A stretch of DNA of 64,000 nt from Azolla caroliniana (GCA_043228905.1 JBHGNT010000005.1:23994001-24058000), one strand, 5' to 3'; shown: positions 28,701 to 39,466, counted from the stretch's first letter. The notes: generated by a model from the letters alone, not told the origin. Numbers and translations: made by a program.

Positions 28701-31700
28701 CGAGGCATTGCTCGCCAATTTTCTACACCCAATACTCCTCAACAAAATGGAGTTGTGGAAAGGAAGAACCGGACAGTCCAAGAGATGGCTCGTACGATGC
28801 TATCTCAATCTGATCTTCCTCTCTCGTTTTGGGGTGAAGCTGTCAACACAGCAGTCTACATCATCAACTGCTGCCCAACAAAAGCAGTTGCTAGAATGAC
28901 GCCTGAAGAAGCATTTACAGGTGTAAAGCCCTCAGTATCTCATTTTAAAGTCTTTGGTTGTGATGCTTATGTTCACATTTCAGATCATAAAAGGACGAAA
29001 TTTGAGTCCAAAACCAAGAAATGCAAATTTCTTGGTTACAGCACACAATCTAAAGCATACAGGTTATGGGATTTAGAGTCAAAGTCCCTAGTCATATCTA
29101 GGGATGTTCATTTTGTGGAGTCTCAGCCGGATGACTCTAGGATTTTACTTGAGTTCATGGTTGAAATCCAAGCTCCTCCAGAATCTCCTATTTTAGACGA
29201 AGATGTCTCATCTTCAAGCCCCCCATCACCTCCTACTCAATCTCTAACTTCGCCAACAATTCAAACCTCTCCCTCAACTCCACTTGTTTCCACTCCCTCT
29301 ACAAACCAGCTTCCACCACTTCCCAAGTGGCTTCAAGCCACCACTCGTGATTCTCATCTCTCCGATGCTGAACTTCATGAGTATACATCTGGTTCTCGAA
29401 CACGTAAGTCACAACGGCCTCTTCACTCATGCAACTTTGCCTTATTGTGCACTGTTGTGCAATCAAAAGAACCCACAACAGCAAAAGAGGCCCTTGTTCT
29501 TCCAAAGTGGAAAGCAGCAATGGAAGTTGAACTTGATTCCATTGAGCGGAATCATACATGGGAGCTGGTCCCACGGCCTCCACATCGACAAGTCATTGGA
29601 TTGAAATGGATTTTCAAGACCAAATACCATGCTGATGGTACTTTGGATAAGCACAAGGCACGTCTAGTGGCAAAAGGCTACTCACAAGTTGAAGGAGTGG
29701 ATTATGAGGAAACTTTTGCTCCAACAGCAAGGTACACATCTATCCGATGTGCGCTTGCACTTGCTGCTCACAACAAATGGGCCATTTTTCAAATGGATGT
29801 CAAGTCAGCCTTCCTTAACGGTGACTTGAAAGAGGAGGTTTATGTTGAACAGCCTCCAGGTTTCGAGATTTTAGAGCAAAAAAACATGGTCTACAAGTTA
29901 CACAAAGCCTTGTATGGCTTAAAGCAAGCTCCCAAAGCTTGGCATGACAAAATTGATAGCTTCTTTCTTTCTCTTGGGTTTCAAAACTGTAATGCTGACA
30001 GCAATCTCTATGTTTTCTCCCAAGATAATTTGCTTTGCTTGATCATATTATATGTTGACGATCTTCTAATTACAGGGTCCCTTGCATCTAAAATCGAGGA
30101 GGTCCGCGCTGACCTCAAAACAACCTTTGAAATGACTGATCTAGGACTTCTCCATTATTTCATAGGTATGGAGGTCTATCAATCACATGGTGGTATCTTT
30201 CTCAGCCAACATAGGTATCTCAGCCAGCTCCTTGAGACCTATAGCATGACAAATTGCAAGCCACTCTCCTGTCCAATGGATCCAAACTCAAAGCTATCTC
30301 GTGAAGACGATTCTCCCATATTTGAGGATATCACGAAATATAGGAGATTAATCGGGTCCCTTCTTCACTTAACTTATACCAGGCCTGATTTGTCCTATAG
30401 CGTGAGTATTCTCAGCCAATTCTCAACTGCTCCAAGACAAAGTCATTGGCAAGCAGCTATTCGAGTTCTTCGGTATTTGGCCAACACACTCGACTATGGT
30501 CTATCTTTTAGAGGCGGCATTGAGCTTGTTGGCTACTCAGATGCTGATTGGGCAGGTGATATTGATTCTAGAAGGTCCACATCTGGCTATTGTTTTATGT
30601 TAGGTTCAGGCTTGATTTCTTGGAAATCGAAGAAGCAAAACTCAATTTCTACTTCATCGACGGAAGCTGAATATCGCGCCTACTTGGATACTTGCTGTGA
30701 GTTGCTATGGTTGATGCAATTGTTTTCTCACATTGGTGTTTTGCAAGCCTCTCCTATTGCAGTTTTCACCGACAGCCAAAGTGCACGTGCCTTGGCACAT
30801 AGCTCAGCATTTCATGGTAGAACAAAACACATCGAAGTGCACTACCATTTTGTTCGTGACTTAGTGAAATCACAAGTCATCAACTTGGCATATTGCCCTA
30901 CTCAAGAAAATGTGGCTGATTTATTTACTAAGCCACTTCCAAGGCAAGCCATTGATCAGCTCCTTGATCGACTCAATGTTGGACTGCCGTTCTGGAGCTG
31001 AGAGGAGGTGTTGGAGGGTGGCAGCTCCAGCCCTGCACTCTCTTTCATATTTATTATCTTTGAACTACATTCTCTCTTTTCTCAGATTCTTCTCTCTCTA
31101 GAATCTGCAACTCTTTAAATGCCTTCTCTCTCTAGAATCTGCAATGCTTTAAATGCCTTTTCTCTCTTCTACCTTTTCCAAGATATTCCTAGTTTTTTAT
31201 ACCTGTTTGGTAGTACAAGAGTCACTTAACTACCAAACAACCATTTCACCCACATTCCCCAATTTTGTATAAATAGGCTATACCAGCCTCTTTTGTATAA
31301 GTTTTCATTTTCTTTTTTGCTACTTAAAACAAGCTCTATTCCTTGGCTGTGTCTCTACTCTTTGCAACCATTTTTTCTACTGCTGTCTAACAGCCTTCTC
31401 ACAGCTTGGTTGTGCCTATTTTGTTTTAAGTCTTCCGCTGCTGCTATTAACAGCTTTTCTCACAATGTTTTCTTCATATTCTCGAATATAAGTTTTATGA
31501 GTTTTTGAACGTTTGATTATAATTTATAATGACATATTTTGATTCAATCTCTATAGTTCATACTCATTTTTTTGTAAAATTCTAAAGTGAAGAAATTGAT
31601 ACCTTCACTAGTTGCGAGATGAGAACATCGATAATTGCAAGATGAACTCATCATCAATACAATTATGTCTTTGAATTATTTGATTTTTGTTGATATATTT

Positions 31701-34700
31701 TGGTAGTGATGTGTGTGGGCCCATCATCAATACAATTATGTCTTTGAATTATTTGATTTTTGTTGACATATTTTGGTAGTGATGTCCAAAAAAACTCTCA
31801 CAACCCTAAAGTGGTGAAGTTTTTGGGGATTCAAAATAAGAACCCAACAATTTTTATGTTCGTGCTTGCTAATGTTTAGTAGTTAAGTAATTCCTAAGTT
31901 TTGAACTTTCAATTGTGTTGACAGTTGATTCAATCAAATATATAATATAGACCATAGTCATTTTTTGAAATTCCAATCTTTATTTTTTTTTCCAACTTAT
32001 AAATCCAATCCAACTTTGAGATGATTTACCATACACGTTTGATTGAATCATTCTCGAATGAGGATGCACGTATGGTACGTATGGTTCATTCTATGGTTCC
32101 AATGAATGGTTAGATGGCATGGTGCAGTTTTGTACCACAAGCACATTCCACATTGAACTGAGTAAAGATCAAAGGAAAAGATTAGCATTCAGGTCACAGC
32201 ATTAAAAGCGATAGGTAACGCACTATATTGGCTGGGTGCGGATAGAATTTTCCGTCATTGCGTCAAACATTCTGAGAAAAGGAACTGCATATTGGAGACC
32301 CATCAAGGCATATCAGGAAGTCATTTTTCTGGAGAAGTCACAACCCGAAAAATATGGTAGGCTAGTTTATGGTGGCCCATAGTAAAAGCAAGGATGCAGC
32401 CAAGTTTGCAAAAGAAGGCAACGTTTGTCAGCATCTGGGACAGCCACTAGTCTTAGGCTAGTTTATGGTGGCCCTCATCAACCTATCTTAGCGTTCAAAT
32501 CTTTTCCGAAATGGGGACTAGATTTTGTCAGTCCTTACAACCCACCATCCATCGGAGGATTTCGGTATATCTTTGTTGCCACAGACTACTGTACCAAATG
32601 GGTTGAAGCAAAAGTTGTACGAGACAACATAGCTCAAAGTGTAGCTCGTTTCCTGTACGAGAATATTATTACACGATTTGGATGTTTTGTAGAGTTGTTC
32701 AACGATCAAGGATCTCACTTCATCAATGAGGTCGTACAAAATCTCACCTCCACGCACCTGATCATTCACACGAAATCAACAATGTATCACCCCCAAGCAA
32801 ATGGTTTAGCAGAGCCAACAAACAAAACTTTGCAAAGATTACTGAAGAAAATTGTGAACAAGCATCGGATGGATTGGCACATGTGTCTGCAATCTTGGTC
32901 GCCACAGATTACTGTACCAAATGGGTTGATGCAAAAGTTGTACGAGACAACACAACTCAAAGTGTAGCTCGTTTCCTGTACGAGAATATTATTACAAGAT
33001 TTGGATATTTTGTAGAGTTGTTCAACGATCAAGGATCTCACTTCATCAATGAGGTCATACAAAATCTCACCTCCACGCACCTGATCATTCACACGAAATC
33101 AACAATGTATCACCCCCAAGCAAATGGTTTAGCAGAGCCAACAAACAAAACCTTGCAAAGATTACTGAAGAAAATTGTGAACGAGCATCGGACGGATTGG
33201 CACATGCGTCTGCAATCAGCCTTATTGGCAGCTCGCACAGCTTACAAAGAAAGCTTAGGATGTTCACTATTTCGTCTCTTGTATGGTCTGGAAGCATTAG
33301 TACCTAAGGAATTCATGGTACCAAGCCTACGCATTCCAGTAAAAGAACGGCTAGATGAAAAGGAAAGCATTCAAGCGAGGAAAGAAATACTCCTCCAGCT
33401 TGATGAACAACGGCAGCTAAGTGAGCTGCAAATTGAGGTATGACAAGCACAAAGGGCGGGATGGGTAAATCGCCATTATAAAAAGAGGGAAAAGGATCTC
33501 ATTCATGGAGCAGCAGTATTGGTTTTTCAATCACGATGAGGATTACTCCCTGGCAAATTAAATCTTCAATGGAGTGGACCATTCTGGATTCTCAGAGTAT
33601 ACAATGATGGTACGTTTTTTGTTTAGGCACGTTGCAAGGACAATATGTACCTAAACTAGTGAATGGCTTCAGACTCCAGCTGTATCATGGAGTTATGCTG
33701 GATAATCCATTTCAAATGCTGATCAAAGAAAACAAGATTCCAGATATTTTACCCAAAGAGGGTGTCTTATCCCAGCTTGTCACACCCTCATATGTGGTTT
33801 CAATTATTCCAGACCCTAGGGGCTCCTCCAAGTTCAAACAACATGTTGGTGAACATTGTTCCAGTAAAATTCAAGAAGAATCCAACAGCTTACTAGCTGC
33901 TTCACGTTCTATGGGGAAGGAGCATCAGCTTATATCTCAGTCTGTTCACATGCCGCCATCAGGTCCGGCCTCGGGCAGTCGAGCCTGAGGTAGCAAATGG
34001 GAAGGTTAATGCACTGTCACCCAACAAGGAGGCTTCCCAACATGATCAGACCGAAGTAACTACTTTACGATTATTGTTAGCTCCTGCAAATAAGCAGGTG
34101 GTGGAAGCTGAGGTTCATGCAGAAACAGAACGCATTCAAGTCATCACAACTAGCACATATATCGCACAATGAAGGTCAAGTATGGAAGCAATTAGAGGTA
34201 AAGCTACGACCATTTGTAAAGAAGAAGAGTCTACTTCCTCAAGGCTTTTGTCATGGTGGCTAGGAGATCCAGGAAGAGTGGAGACAAACGCAGCAGCAGC
34301 TACGAGCTCTTGGGTGGATTCCAAGCTGGATCTCAGCTAGTTCCTTCAAAGCATAGATGTAACTTCCACTAGGATTACCACATTGGGTTCGCTTGCTTTC
34401 ATGGAAAGCTGTCCACCGAGCATGCCAAGTGTTAAGGCCCTAAGATACCCTTAAGTACTATTTTTGTATTTTCATATATTATAAGTATCTTTTCCTAACC
34501 ACCTTTTGAATGGGTGTGACTGTTCACCCAGCGGTTGTTTCTATAATTGTCTCTGGGTGAATAGAACCGGGGAGAGAATGAAAACAGAGACCACTTTTTC
34601 TGACTTCTGCATGATTGAAACAGTTTGTCCTAATCTCTCTGTATCTGTGTTCTGTGATCTGTGATTCACTGTTGTTATGTGATCATGTTGTTATCCAGCA

Positions 34701-35871
34701 CCGGGCATTGCTGTTCCTAGGCGGATAACAAAAACCTATCCCACTTCTAATCTGATTTGATCCAAATCAATAGCGTGGAAGAACAGAAAAGGCCTTTACT
34801 ATTGCAGCATATACATAGAATCTAGAGATACATAGGGAGAAACCTAAACCTGTTTTATGCATGAGCTAGTTCAGAAAGAGGCCATTATACTGGAATACCA
34901 TTGGCAAAGTTCAAAACTCAAGGATTTGGAATAGGTCATCTATTGTACCTCATATATTTGCAAGGATATTCCAAGATCACTTCACAGAGTTCAAAACTTC
35001 CGTATTTTGAAAGGTCTACTTTATTTTACACATCATGCATTCTGACTGAACATGGATCTTCTAGAACCTTCTCAAAATAAAAAATTGTCAGTTGAACTTT
35101 ACTTTCAGGTATAGGTAGAGAAAACCTAACCTATTTTATCCCAGTTTGATGGTGAGGAGGAATGAAAAAATACATATAATTCGACCTCTGTTTCTTGAAA
35201 TGCATGTATTCAAGTATGTACAGGAAGATCACAGAGAAGAACCTAACCCGTTTCTCATATGATCTGGTCTAAATTGATGCAATTGAGGTGTACAAAGTTT
35301 TCTATGATGTAACATATTGTACATGGATGTCGGTGTCATTTCTTCAAAATCTTAGAAACAGGTACATACAGGCAGGTCACACGGAACACGGTAGTTCATT
35401 TATCGTATGATCTGGTACAGAGTGATCGCAACAATGTATTGGAAAGGACGTATAATTGTTAAATATATATGCATCGACGTCGGATTTTTTTCTTGAAACT
35501 CAATGTAGGCAGAGAAACACCTAACCTGTTTCTCGTATAATCTGGTCAAGATCAATGGAATGCAAGCTCCTCCAATCGATCCGAGCTCTTCGACGCTGGA
35601 AGGAGAACGGAGCAGAAGAAGCCTGAAGAGAATCATGCATCGGATTGCTCTGAAAGGGGTAATATTTCGAGCTACTCTGCTGATGGAACGTGGTGGAGCG
35701 CCAGGAATGGCGGCGATGACTGGTGCTATGGGGTTTCTTCCAAGAAGGAGGTGCGAAGGGCTTGAACTCGTCGCCATGGCTGGCTGTAGAGGTGGAAGAG
35801 GTCATCCTACCAGGTCCATCTTCTCGTCCGCCATCACCATCGCCATCGCCACTGTCTGCATCGCTCGCCAT
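4776..35871 (-). CDS. DZIP1L: DZIP1/DZIP1L (Iguana)-like ciliary protein: Dzip-like N-terminal domain, C2H2 zinc finger and coiled coil. Multi-exon, ~31 kb.
   Basis: Phase-compatible exons: 35871-35526 (..[27 protein letters not shown]), 22235-22117 ([40 protein letters not shown]), 21949-21785 ([14 protein letters not shown]), 20732-20661 (TIRTYE..), 17076-17026 plus 16916-16815 ([14 protein letters not shown]|DMHISRRH, a C2H2 finger). Further exons: 14880-14830, ~14753-14715, ~14633-14565, 13615-13520, 12496-12434, 11635-11573, 11479-11435, 10958-10896, 10151-10101, 9900-9835, 9726-9673, ~7396-7296, 7188-7119, 7003-6936 ([14 protein letters not shown]), 6809-6683, 6524-6402, 6317-5896 and 4866-4776 (stop TAA). 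Exon structure near 14300-14430 and 8850-9450 is unresolved. The symbol is family-level, not an orthology call. Confidence 0.85.
5020..5760. repeat. Highly degenerate ~135-150-bp tandem repeat in the last intron
   Basis: The core CTTG(G/A)CT.GTG(G/A)ATTATCC.T..TGT.CATA..ATG.CAT recurs at ~5235, 5368, 5505 and 5665. Confidence 0.5.
8110..8760. repeat. Degenerate ~225-240-bp tandem repeat, ~3 copies, intronic
   Basis: ATGT(G/A)ATTCATTG..CTGAA.G.TA..TAA.CATA.GC...ATCAACTC recurs at ~8118, 8341 and 8579. A short RTE-LINE fragment (LHGVETWG) precedes it at ~8035-8105. Confidence 0.7.
15815..16452 (+). mobile_element. 5'-truncated RTE-type LINE (3' end only)
   Basis: Clearly homologous to 18420-19035 (GGCTTTGG..GCAAGGTAATGGAATATGAGGACCAA). 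It ends CTTAAAAGACATTAATATATCTTTCTTTCT. Further short 3'-end fragments lie at ~16455-16520 and ~16630-16700. Confidence 0.8.
17255..19130 (-). mobile_element. Older antisense RTE-type LINE 3' fragment, split by a younger copy
   Basis: Joining 19130-19045 to 17596-17255 on the minus strand restores ..[42 protein letters not shown], the same region as the C-terminus of the younger copy. Confidence 0.75.
17597..19038 (+). mobile_element. 5'-truncated RTE-type LINE with TSD TCTATG
   Basis: ORF fragments ([14 protein letters not shown]; [19 protein letters not shown]) are homologous to the 37423-39444 ORF. It has a (CTTT)n tail. TCTATG is duplicated at 17591-17596 and 19039-19044. Confidence 0.85.
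20475..20594. repeat. Long fold-back inverted repeat (MITE- or hairpin-like), intronic
   Basis: Outer arms TAGAAATAATAAACATAGATTGGAATTTGTT and AACAAATTCCAATTTATGTTTATTATTTCTA. Inner stem AATGTGTCAAAAGC / GCTTTTGAAACATT. Confidence 0.75.
23106..23536. mobile_element. Non-autonomous hAT-type DNA transposon (MITE), 431 bp
   Basis: 8-bp TSD GAAGTAGA at 23098-23105 and 23537-23544. Imperfect TIRs CATTGTTGTAAAA / TTTTAACAACTATG. The interior is packed with AGAATAC(G/T) motifs. It interrupts the gypsy gag-protease region. Confidence 0.85.
26179..31464 (+). mobile_element. Full-length, intact, very young Ty1/copia LTR retrotransposon (5286 bp)
   Basis: 456-bp LTRs at 26179-26634 and 31009-31464 (TG..CA) differ at 2 positions by eye. 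TSD ATGTT at 26174-78 and 31465-69. PBS TGGTATCAGAGC (tRNA-iMet) at 26635. PPT GAGAGGAGG directly before the 3' LTR. Confidence 0.97.
26868..31001 (+). CDS. Copia gag-pol polyprotein, 1377 aa, uninterrupted
   Basis: Gag, CCHC ([14 protein letters not shown]), protease ([11 protein letters not shown]), integrase (HH-CC; [22 protein letters not shown]), RT ([16 protein letters not shown]) and RNase H ([19 protein letters not shown]). Confidence 0.97.
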   Translation: MASHATIVSSTIPQLPKESILDGNNYLDWELQIKTLLQYHHLWNVVNGSDKKPPVTSSSSTKSVAGSSNAEIEAWLDKDSRAHAFLMFNIKPSIARQFQDKDDETANELWTAIKRRYHRANHAQMIAIESQLANLKIHDTPNIMDQITEFVTLQKELVSLGSKSTEVEFVHRLMIKLPESFSAFCDTISLLPNTPDMNTFLGMLQDRATRKKSAQTSNETLLHATSKGKWKQNGNSYNKPNTRPPNNPAYKELTCHYCGYKGHIQPDCRKKKRDNAKNSSSTRNQPTPKSNSAHSAKETVFLGIEEHTSHLAGPTTSTIDEWLVDSGATSHMTYDKSILHDVKPSSSQISIGDASSIEASCVGNVVLDNSSSEEPVVLQDVLHVPRISTNLLSVYKITKQGYGVYFDSSVLEVIDTNSIQIVASGTQEGGLYRLKSSHSPLENSKSHLLHLLQGSHALVAQEDPTLWHARFGHLNYDSLQKLSSSQLVEDLPIFKSPNTPCVACLHGKQHREPFPHEATHRATSILELVHMDLCGPMKTTTLGGARYFMLIIDDFSRKVWVYFLVEKSQAFAKFQEWVALVENETSKKVRKIRSDNGGEFISKAFHHFCSQRGIARQFSTPNTPQQNGVVERKNRTVQEMARTMLSQSDLPLSFWGEAVNTAVYIINCCPTKAVARMTPEEAFTGVKPSVSHFKVFGCDAYVHISDHKRTKFESKTKKCKFLGYSTQSKAYRLWDLESKSLVISRDVHFVESQPDDSRILLEFMVEIQAPPESPILDEDVSSSSPPSPPTQSLTSPTIQTSPSTPLVSTPSTNQLPPLPKWLQATTRDSHLSDAELHEYTSGSRTRKSQRPLHSCNFALLCTVVQSKEPTTAKEALVLPKWKAAMEVELDSIERNHTWELVPRPPHRQVIGLKWIFKTKYHADGTLDKHKARLVAKGYSQVEGVDYEETFAPTARYTSIRCALALAAHNKWAIFQMDVKSAFLNGDLKEEVYVEQPPGFEILEQKNMVYKLHKALYGLKQAPKAWHDKIDSFFLSLGFQNCNADSNLYVFSQDNLLCLIILYVDDLLITGSLASKIEEVRADLKTTFEMTDLGLLHYFIGMEVYQSHGGIFLSQHRYLSQLLETYSMTNCKPLSCPMDPNSKLSREDDSPIFEDITKYRRLIGSLLHLTYTRPDLSYSVSILSQFSTAPRQSHWQAAIRVLRYLANTLDYGLSFRGGIELVGYSDADWAGDIDSRRSTSGYCFMLGSGLISWKSKKQNSISTSSTEAEYRAYLDTCCELLWLMQLFSHIGVLQASPIAVFTDSQSARALAHSSAFHGRTKHIEVHYHFVRDLVKSQVINLAYCPTQENVADLFTKPLPRQAIDQLLDRLNVGLPFWS
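32570..33215 (+). repeat. 323-bp tandem duplication within the gypsy integrase core
   Basis: CCACAGA(C/T)TACTGTACCAAATGGGTTG starts at 32579 and 32902. Both copies run to TGGCACATG.GTCTGCAATC with several substitutions. Confidence 0.9.
34430..34730 (+). mobile_element. Putative 3' LTR of the decayed gypsy (301 bp)
   Basis: Inverted termini TGTTA...TAACA and a TATA-like CTATAA at ~34541, downstream of the integrase. No TSD, partner LTR or clear PPT. Confidence 0.45.
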
Positions 35872-37135
35872 GGCTATGGCTGGACTGTCTGTCTGTTCTT
35901 GTCTTCTCTGGTCTTGTCTGTTAGGGCTTCTTCGTCTGCTCGTTTGTTCGTTTGTTCGTTAGTTACTGAATGGCCGGTTTCACACCTGTCCTGTCCAAAC
36001 TTTGGCCTTGGACGCGGACCACACCATACTTGACCTTTGACCTTGACCATCATCTTCTTGACCTTGACTCACCTCACTCGTATCGTGTCGGGCCCATCTG
36101 CTAATTCCTCCTTGCGGACCAATCTAGCCTTATTGTTTAATCATCTCCACACGCACTGCCCGCCCCCTGTTCTCTTTGTTCAACGTGGAGCTTGTTAAGG
36201 CCTGCATCTTGTCCTGTAACATACACACAAGTCGTCATCAGGCCCGCCGTGCTTTTCATATTTTTCTTGGACAGCTGACTTTTGGTGGTGGCCTTATTGA
36301 TTTACTTATGTTACACCAGATGTCACGGTGTCATGCTTTATTGTACACAAGAATACCCCACCCATATGCTAGTGTATTGTTGACCTTCATTATTGCGTCA
36401 TTCTTGTCGACTCACCATGATATTAGCTTTTCTTGTTCATTTTACACACGTATGTAAGTTAGTAGGAGTTTTTTTGTTTGTTGTTCGCCAATTACACCTA
36501 TATGGACAACCACTTTCACATTATGTTTTTTATATTTTGGACAATAATTTGAAATATCCTAAGCACACATAATCATTAGGCTTTGTTCGAACTCCCACTC
36601 TGCTGAGGAAATCTACCAAATTTTTATGAGCCATATTGAAAACATTTTGCAAAGTCTATTTGAGGAGGGGAAAATGTAGATATGCTTCATGTTTTCATCA
36701 TGAACATTCTAATAAAGCTTCTGAAAATATTTGAGCTTTTCTTATTGACAATATCGGCATCCAATTCGAACCTACCTCTATCATAGGTTAAATCATAATC
36801 ATCAACACACTTTAGATATAATGTAATGTATGGTGCATGCACAATATCATGCCTTCTATCGTTTGGCTATTGTCATGCACACAATATCATCACTTTCACT
36901 ATACTCTATACGTTGCACTCTCACTATGATATGCATAATCTAATAAACATGGTTAATTATATAAAGCACACGAAGGCACAAACCTTACCCTGCTCCAAAT
37001 GATAAAGCTCGAAACCTAAAATTCCACATGTAACTAAGGTCATGGATGCACCGTATACTTTACCCAAACTCAAGGGGTTAATGATAGATTATGTGCATCA
37101 TACAAATGATGAAGACAAAAACTACCATAGATGAG

Positions 37136-37139
<4 letters not shown>

Positions 37140-37179
<40 letters not shown>

Positions 37180-39466
37180 AAGAAAGAAAGAAAGATATAT
37201 TAACGTCTTCTAAGGCCAAATTTGGCCCATGAGACAAATAGGTACAACAAAAAATGAGTGTTTATCCAATCATCAAAACTAAAAATAAAAGAAAATAGCT
37301 TAAGCTAAGAAAGTTCTAGTAGTGTACAAAACTTTGCACCAAGCCTAATCTCATTTCCACCCAAGTCTCTCAAAAAGAAGTGGGAGGTCAAAAGTTTTTG
37401 GTGTGGGTGTGACCCATGGTCCCTATGCATAGAGTGCCCTAGCCATGGCTTCTAGGCGGTGTAGTTCACGTTCCCTTATTTTCTTTATTGCTTCTACATC
37501 TCGTCGAGTTGCTTTGAAACCCGGCATCCGAGGGCGTTTGGTTCTTCTTTGATTTTCTGCTTCATCAAGGAGAAGTCCGAGTGGTGCAGGTGTGTCGACA
37601 TTCATTGTCTCCCCCTGTTCCTGAAAAACTTCATTTGTTATATGTTGGTAAACATTAACAACATTATTATCAACGTTTTGTAATTTGTTCTCTCTGTGGT
37701 GTTTCAATTCTAAGATGTATCTACCTAATTTCTTTATATCTAGTGTATCTAATAGTTTAGGGAGGGTGGGAGAGGAACCAAGTATGTCTTGGTATTTTGC
37801 CCTTATCTCGGCATAGGTGGGGCATTTGCATGTAAAATGGTACTCATCCTCTATCTCTATGTGGCATAACCTACATATCCTTTCCTCCCTAGGGACTCCA
37901 TTAGTACGTCCATTCTCAATCTCAAGTTGGTGAGATGATATTCTAAGTTGACCAATGGCAACCCTTAGTGCATGTGGTAAGAATACATCTAGATATTTTG
38001 GGCGCGTGATAAAACCTAACTCAGAGAAGTGCATAAAGTGTTCCTTATAGTACGACATTTTAGATGGGAGTGGCTCTAGTGGTGTGATCCATTTATACCG
38101 GGTATAAATTTGCCATATTTCTTGGCGTATTACTTTATTACGGTCCTCATGAGAGAGTAAAGTGTTATCATTCGTGTGGTCGTACTTAAGGGGGGGGAAG
38201 TTAGTAATGTCTAGACCGTTGGCAAGAAGCCAACTCACCATCATGCCATACCATGAGCTAGTATAGCCGGACTCATACAGTGCTCGAGAAGCCTTAAAGG
38301 CTTGGTGGGATATTCTATCAAGTGGTTGGTTATGTATCCTGTGTATAAAGACTACCAGTTGAAAAAGTGCTTCTACTAACATAGGGGGTAGAGTGAACTC
38401 AACCCTAATAATGTCATGTGGGACCGACGATTTGCTTCGGAGTTGGCGTGATAACATCATCACCAATGGTCTCTCTAATTGCGTCCACATGAAAGATGGT
38501 AGTCCTGGGGCCCAATCCGCTGATGCATACATGAGAGAGGGAGTCACTAATGAGTCAAAGAGCCACCCTTTAGTTCGTGGCTCTTGGAAGTATGCTTGGT
38601 GGCATTGTCTCTCGAGGAGTGAGAGGGATGCATGTCCTCTTGTAAGTCTATCCTTCGCTGCTTGTGTCATCGAAAATTTACCTGAGCAGGCACTGAAAGT
38701 GACTCCGAGATAGACATATGATCCAACCACCTCAATTGGGCTATGGGAGATAGTTAGGTGACACTTAGCTCTAACTTGGGCCGACGTGTGGAAGATAAGG
38801 ACTTTAGTTTTCCCTAGATTCACTACCAATCCTCGTTGTGTGCAAAAGTCATCTAAGGCATTAAGGTGCCTTTGTAGGTCGTGTTCGGATTCAGAGAGCA
38901 AAACTATGTCATCTGCATAGAGCAAGATACGCACCTGCGTATCTCCAAGGACTACTCCATTGCCTCCCTTACGAGCAATAAAATCTGTGATCTCATCAAT
39001 GTAGATCCCAAAAAGAGTCGGAGATAAGGGGCAACCTTGTTTTACACCAATAGTGCTAGTGAAACTATCGGATATGCCGCCTGGGCATCGAACACACCCG
39101 GACACTTGTTCATATAGTGCGTAGATGGCCCAAACCATGTCATCTGGTATCCTCAAGCTCTTAAGCCTATCAAACAACCGCTCTCTAGGGATCGTGTCAA
39201 AGGCTTTGCGGAAGTCCACAAAACAACAATATAGTTTCTTCTTGCGAGCCTTAGTCTGGTCAATTAAGCATCTAAGTGTGAAGATATGGTCAATAGTGGA
39301 GAAGGCTCGTCTAAAGCCGACCTGTTCAGGTGCATGAAGATTTAAGGTCTCCATATACTTGCTAAGCTCTGCCTCCATTATTGCACCATATAATTTAGCA
39401 AGGGTATGACCTATCATAATGGTCCTATAAGTATTTGGGTCCATGGGGTCCCCCGCCTTATGTATG
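37140..39466 (-). mobile_element. 5'-truncated RTE/RTEX-like LINE with an intact RT reading frame and (CTTT)n/(CT)n tail
   Basis: The 3' end (minus strand) CCTTAGAAGACGTTAATATATCTTTCTTTC.. resembles the tails at 16430 and 19010. The 5' break is just upstream of IHKAGDPMDPNTYR. Confidence 0.9.
37423..39444 (-). CDS. LINE ORF2 reverse transcriptase (endonuclease lost) with a C-terminal CCHC-like motif, 673 aa
   Basis: EQVGFR, FVDFRKAFD, GVKQGCPLSP, LLYADDIVL, YVYLGV and ICRLCHIEIEDEYHFTCKC. Confidence 0.9.
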   Translation of the reverse strand: MDPNTYRTIMIGHTLAKLYGAIMEAELSKYMETLNLHAPEQVGFRRAFSTIDHIFTLRCLIDQTKARKKKLYCCFVDFRKAFDTIPRERLFDRLKSLRIPDDMVWAIYALYEQVSGCVRCPGGISDSFTSTIGVKQGCPLSPTLFGIYIDEITDFIARKGGNGVVLGDTQVRILLYADDIVLLSESEHDLQRHLNALDDFCTQRGLVVNLGKTKVLIFHTSAQVRAKCHLTISHSPIEVVGSYVYLGVTFSACSGKFSMTQAAKDRLTRGHASLSLLERQCHQAYFQEPRTKGWLFDSLVTPSLMYASADWAPGLPSFMWTQLERPLVMMLSRQLRSKSSVPHDIIRVEFTLPPMLVEALFQLVVFIHRIHNQPLDRISHQAFKASRALYESGYTSSWYGMMVSWLLANGLDITNFPPLKYDHTNDNTLLSHEDRNKVIRQEIWQIYTRYKWITPLEPLPSKMSYYKEHFMHFSELGFITRPKYLDVFLPHALRVAIGQLRISSHQLEIENGRTNGVPREERICRLCHIEIEDEYHFTCKCPTYAEIRAKYQDILGSSPTLPKLLDTLDIKKLGRYILELKHHRENKLQNVDNNVVNVYQHITNEVFQEQGETMNVDTPAPLGLLLDEAENQRRTKRPRMPGFKATRRDVEAIKKIRERELHRLEAMARALYA

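Larger units (their letters stand above)
25876..32000. mobile_element. Unclassified AT-rich insertion, DNA-transposon-like, hosting the young copia
   Basis: Gypsy pol stops at LLQEFDFD (~25875) and resumes near 32000. The intervening non-copia DNA has AATACG/AAACG motifs, a Pol III A/B-box-like stretch (26052-26111) and a ~73-bp duplication (31649/31722). Termini are not resolved. Confidence 0.45.
22490..34730 (+). mobile_element. Decayed Ty3/gypsy retrotransposon, probably non-chromovirus, with nested insertions
   Basis: Domains in gypsy order: CCHC ([14 protein letters not shown], 22909), protease ([10 protein letters not shown]), RT ([13 protein letters not shown]), RNase H (DAS, YYASRRL) and integrase ([21 protein letters not shown]). 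There are many stops and frameshifts. No 5' LTR was seen. Confidence 0.85.

Noticed and set aside
35560-36033. 157-aa plus-strand ORF
   Set aside because: It is antisense to the GC-rich first exon of the DZIP1-like gene and has no family motifs.
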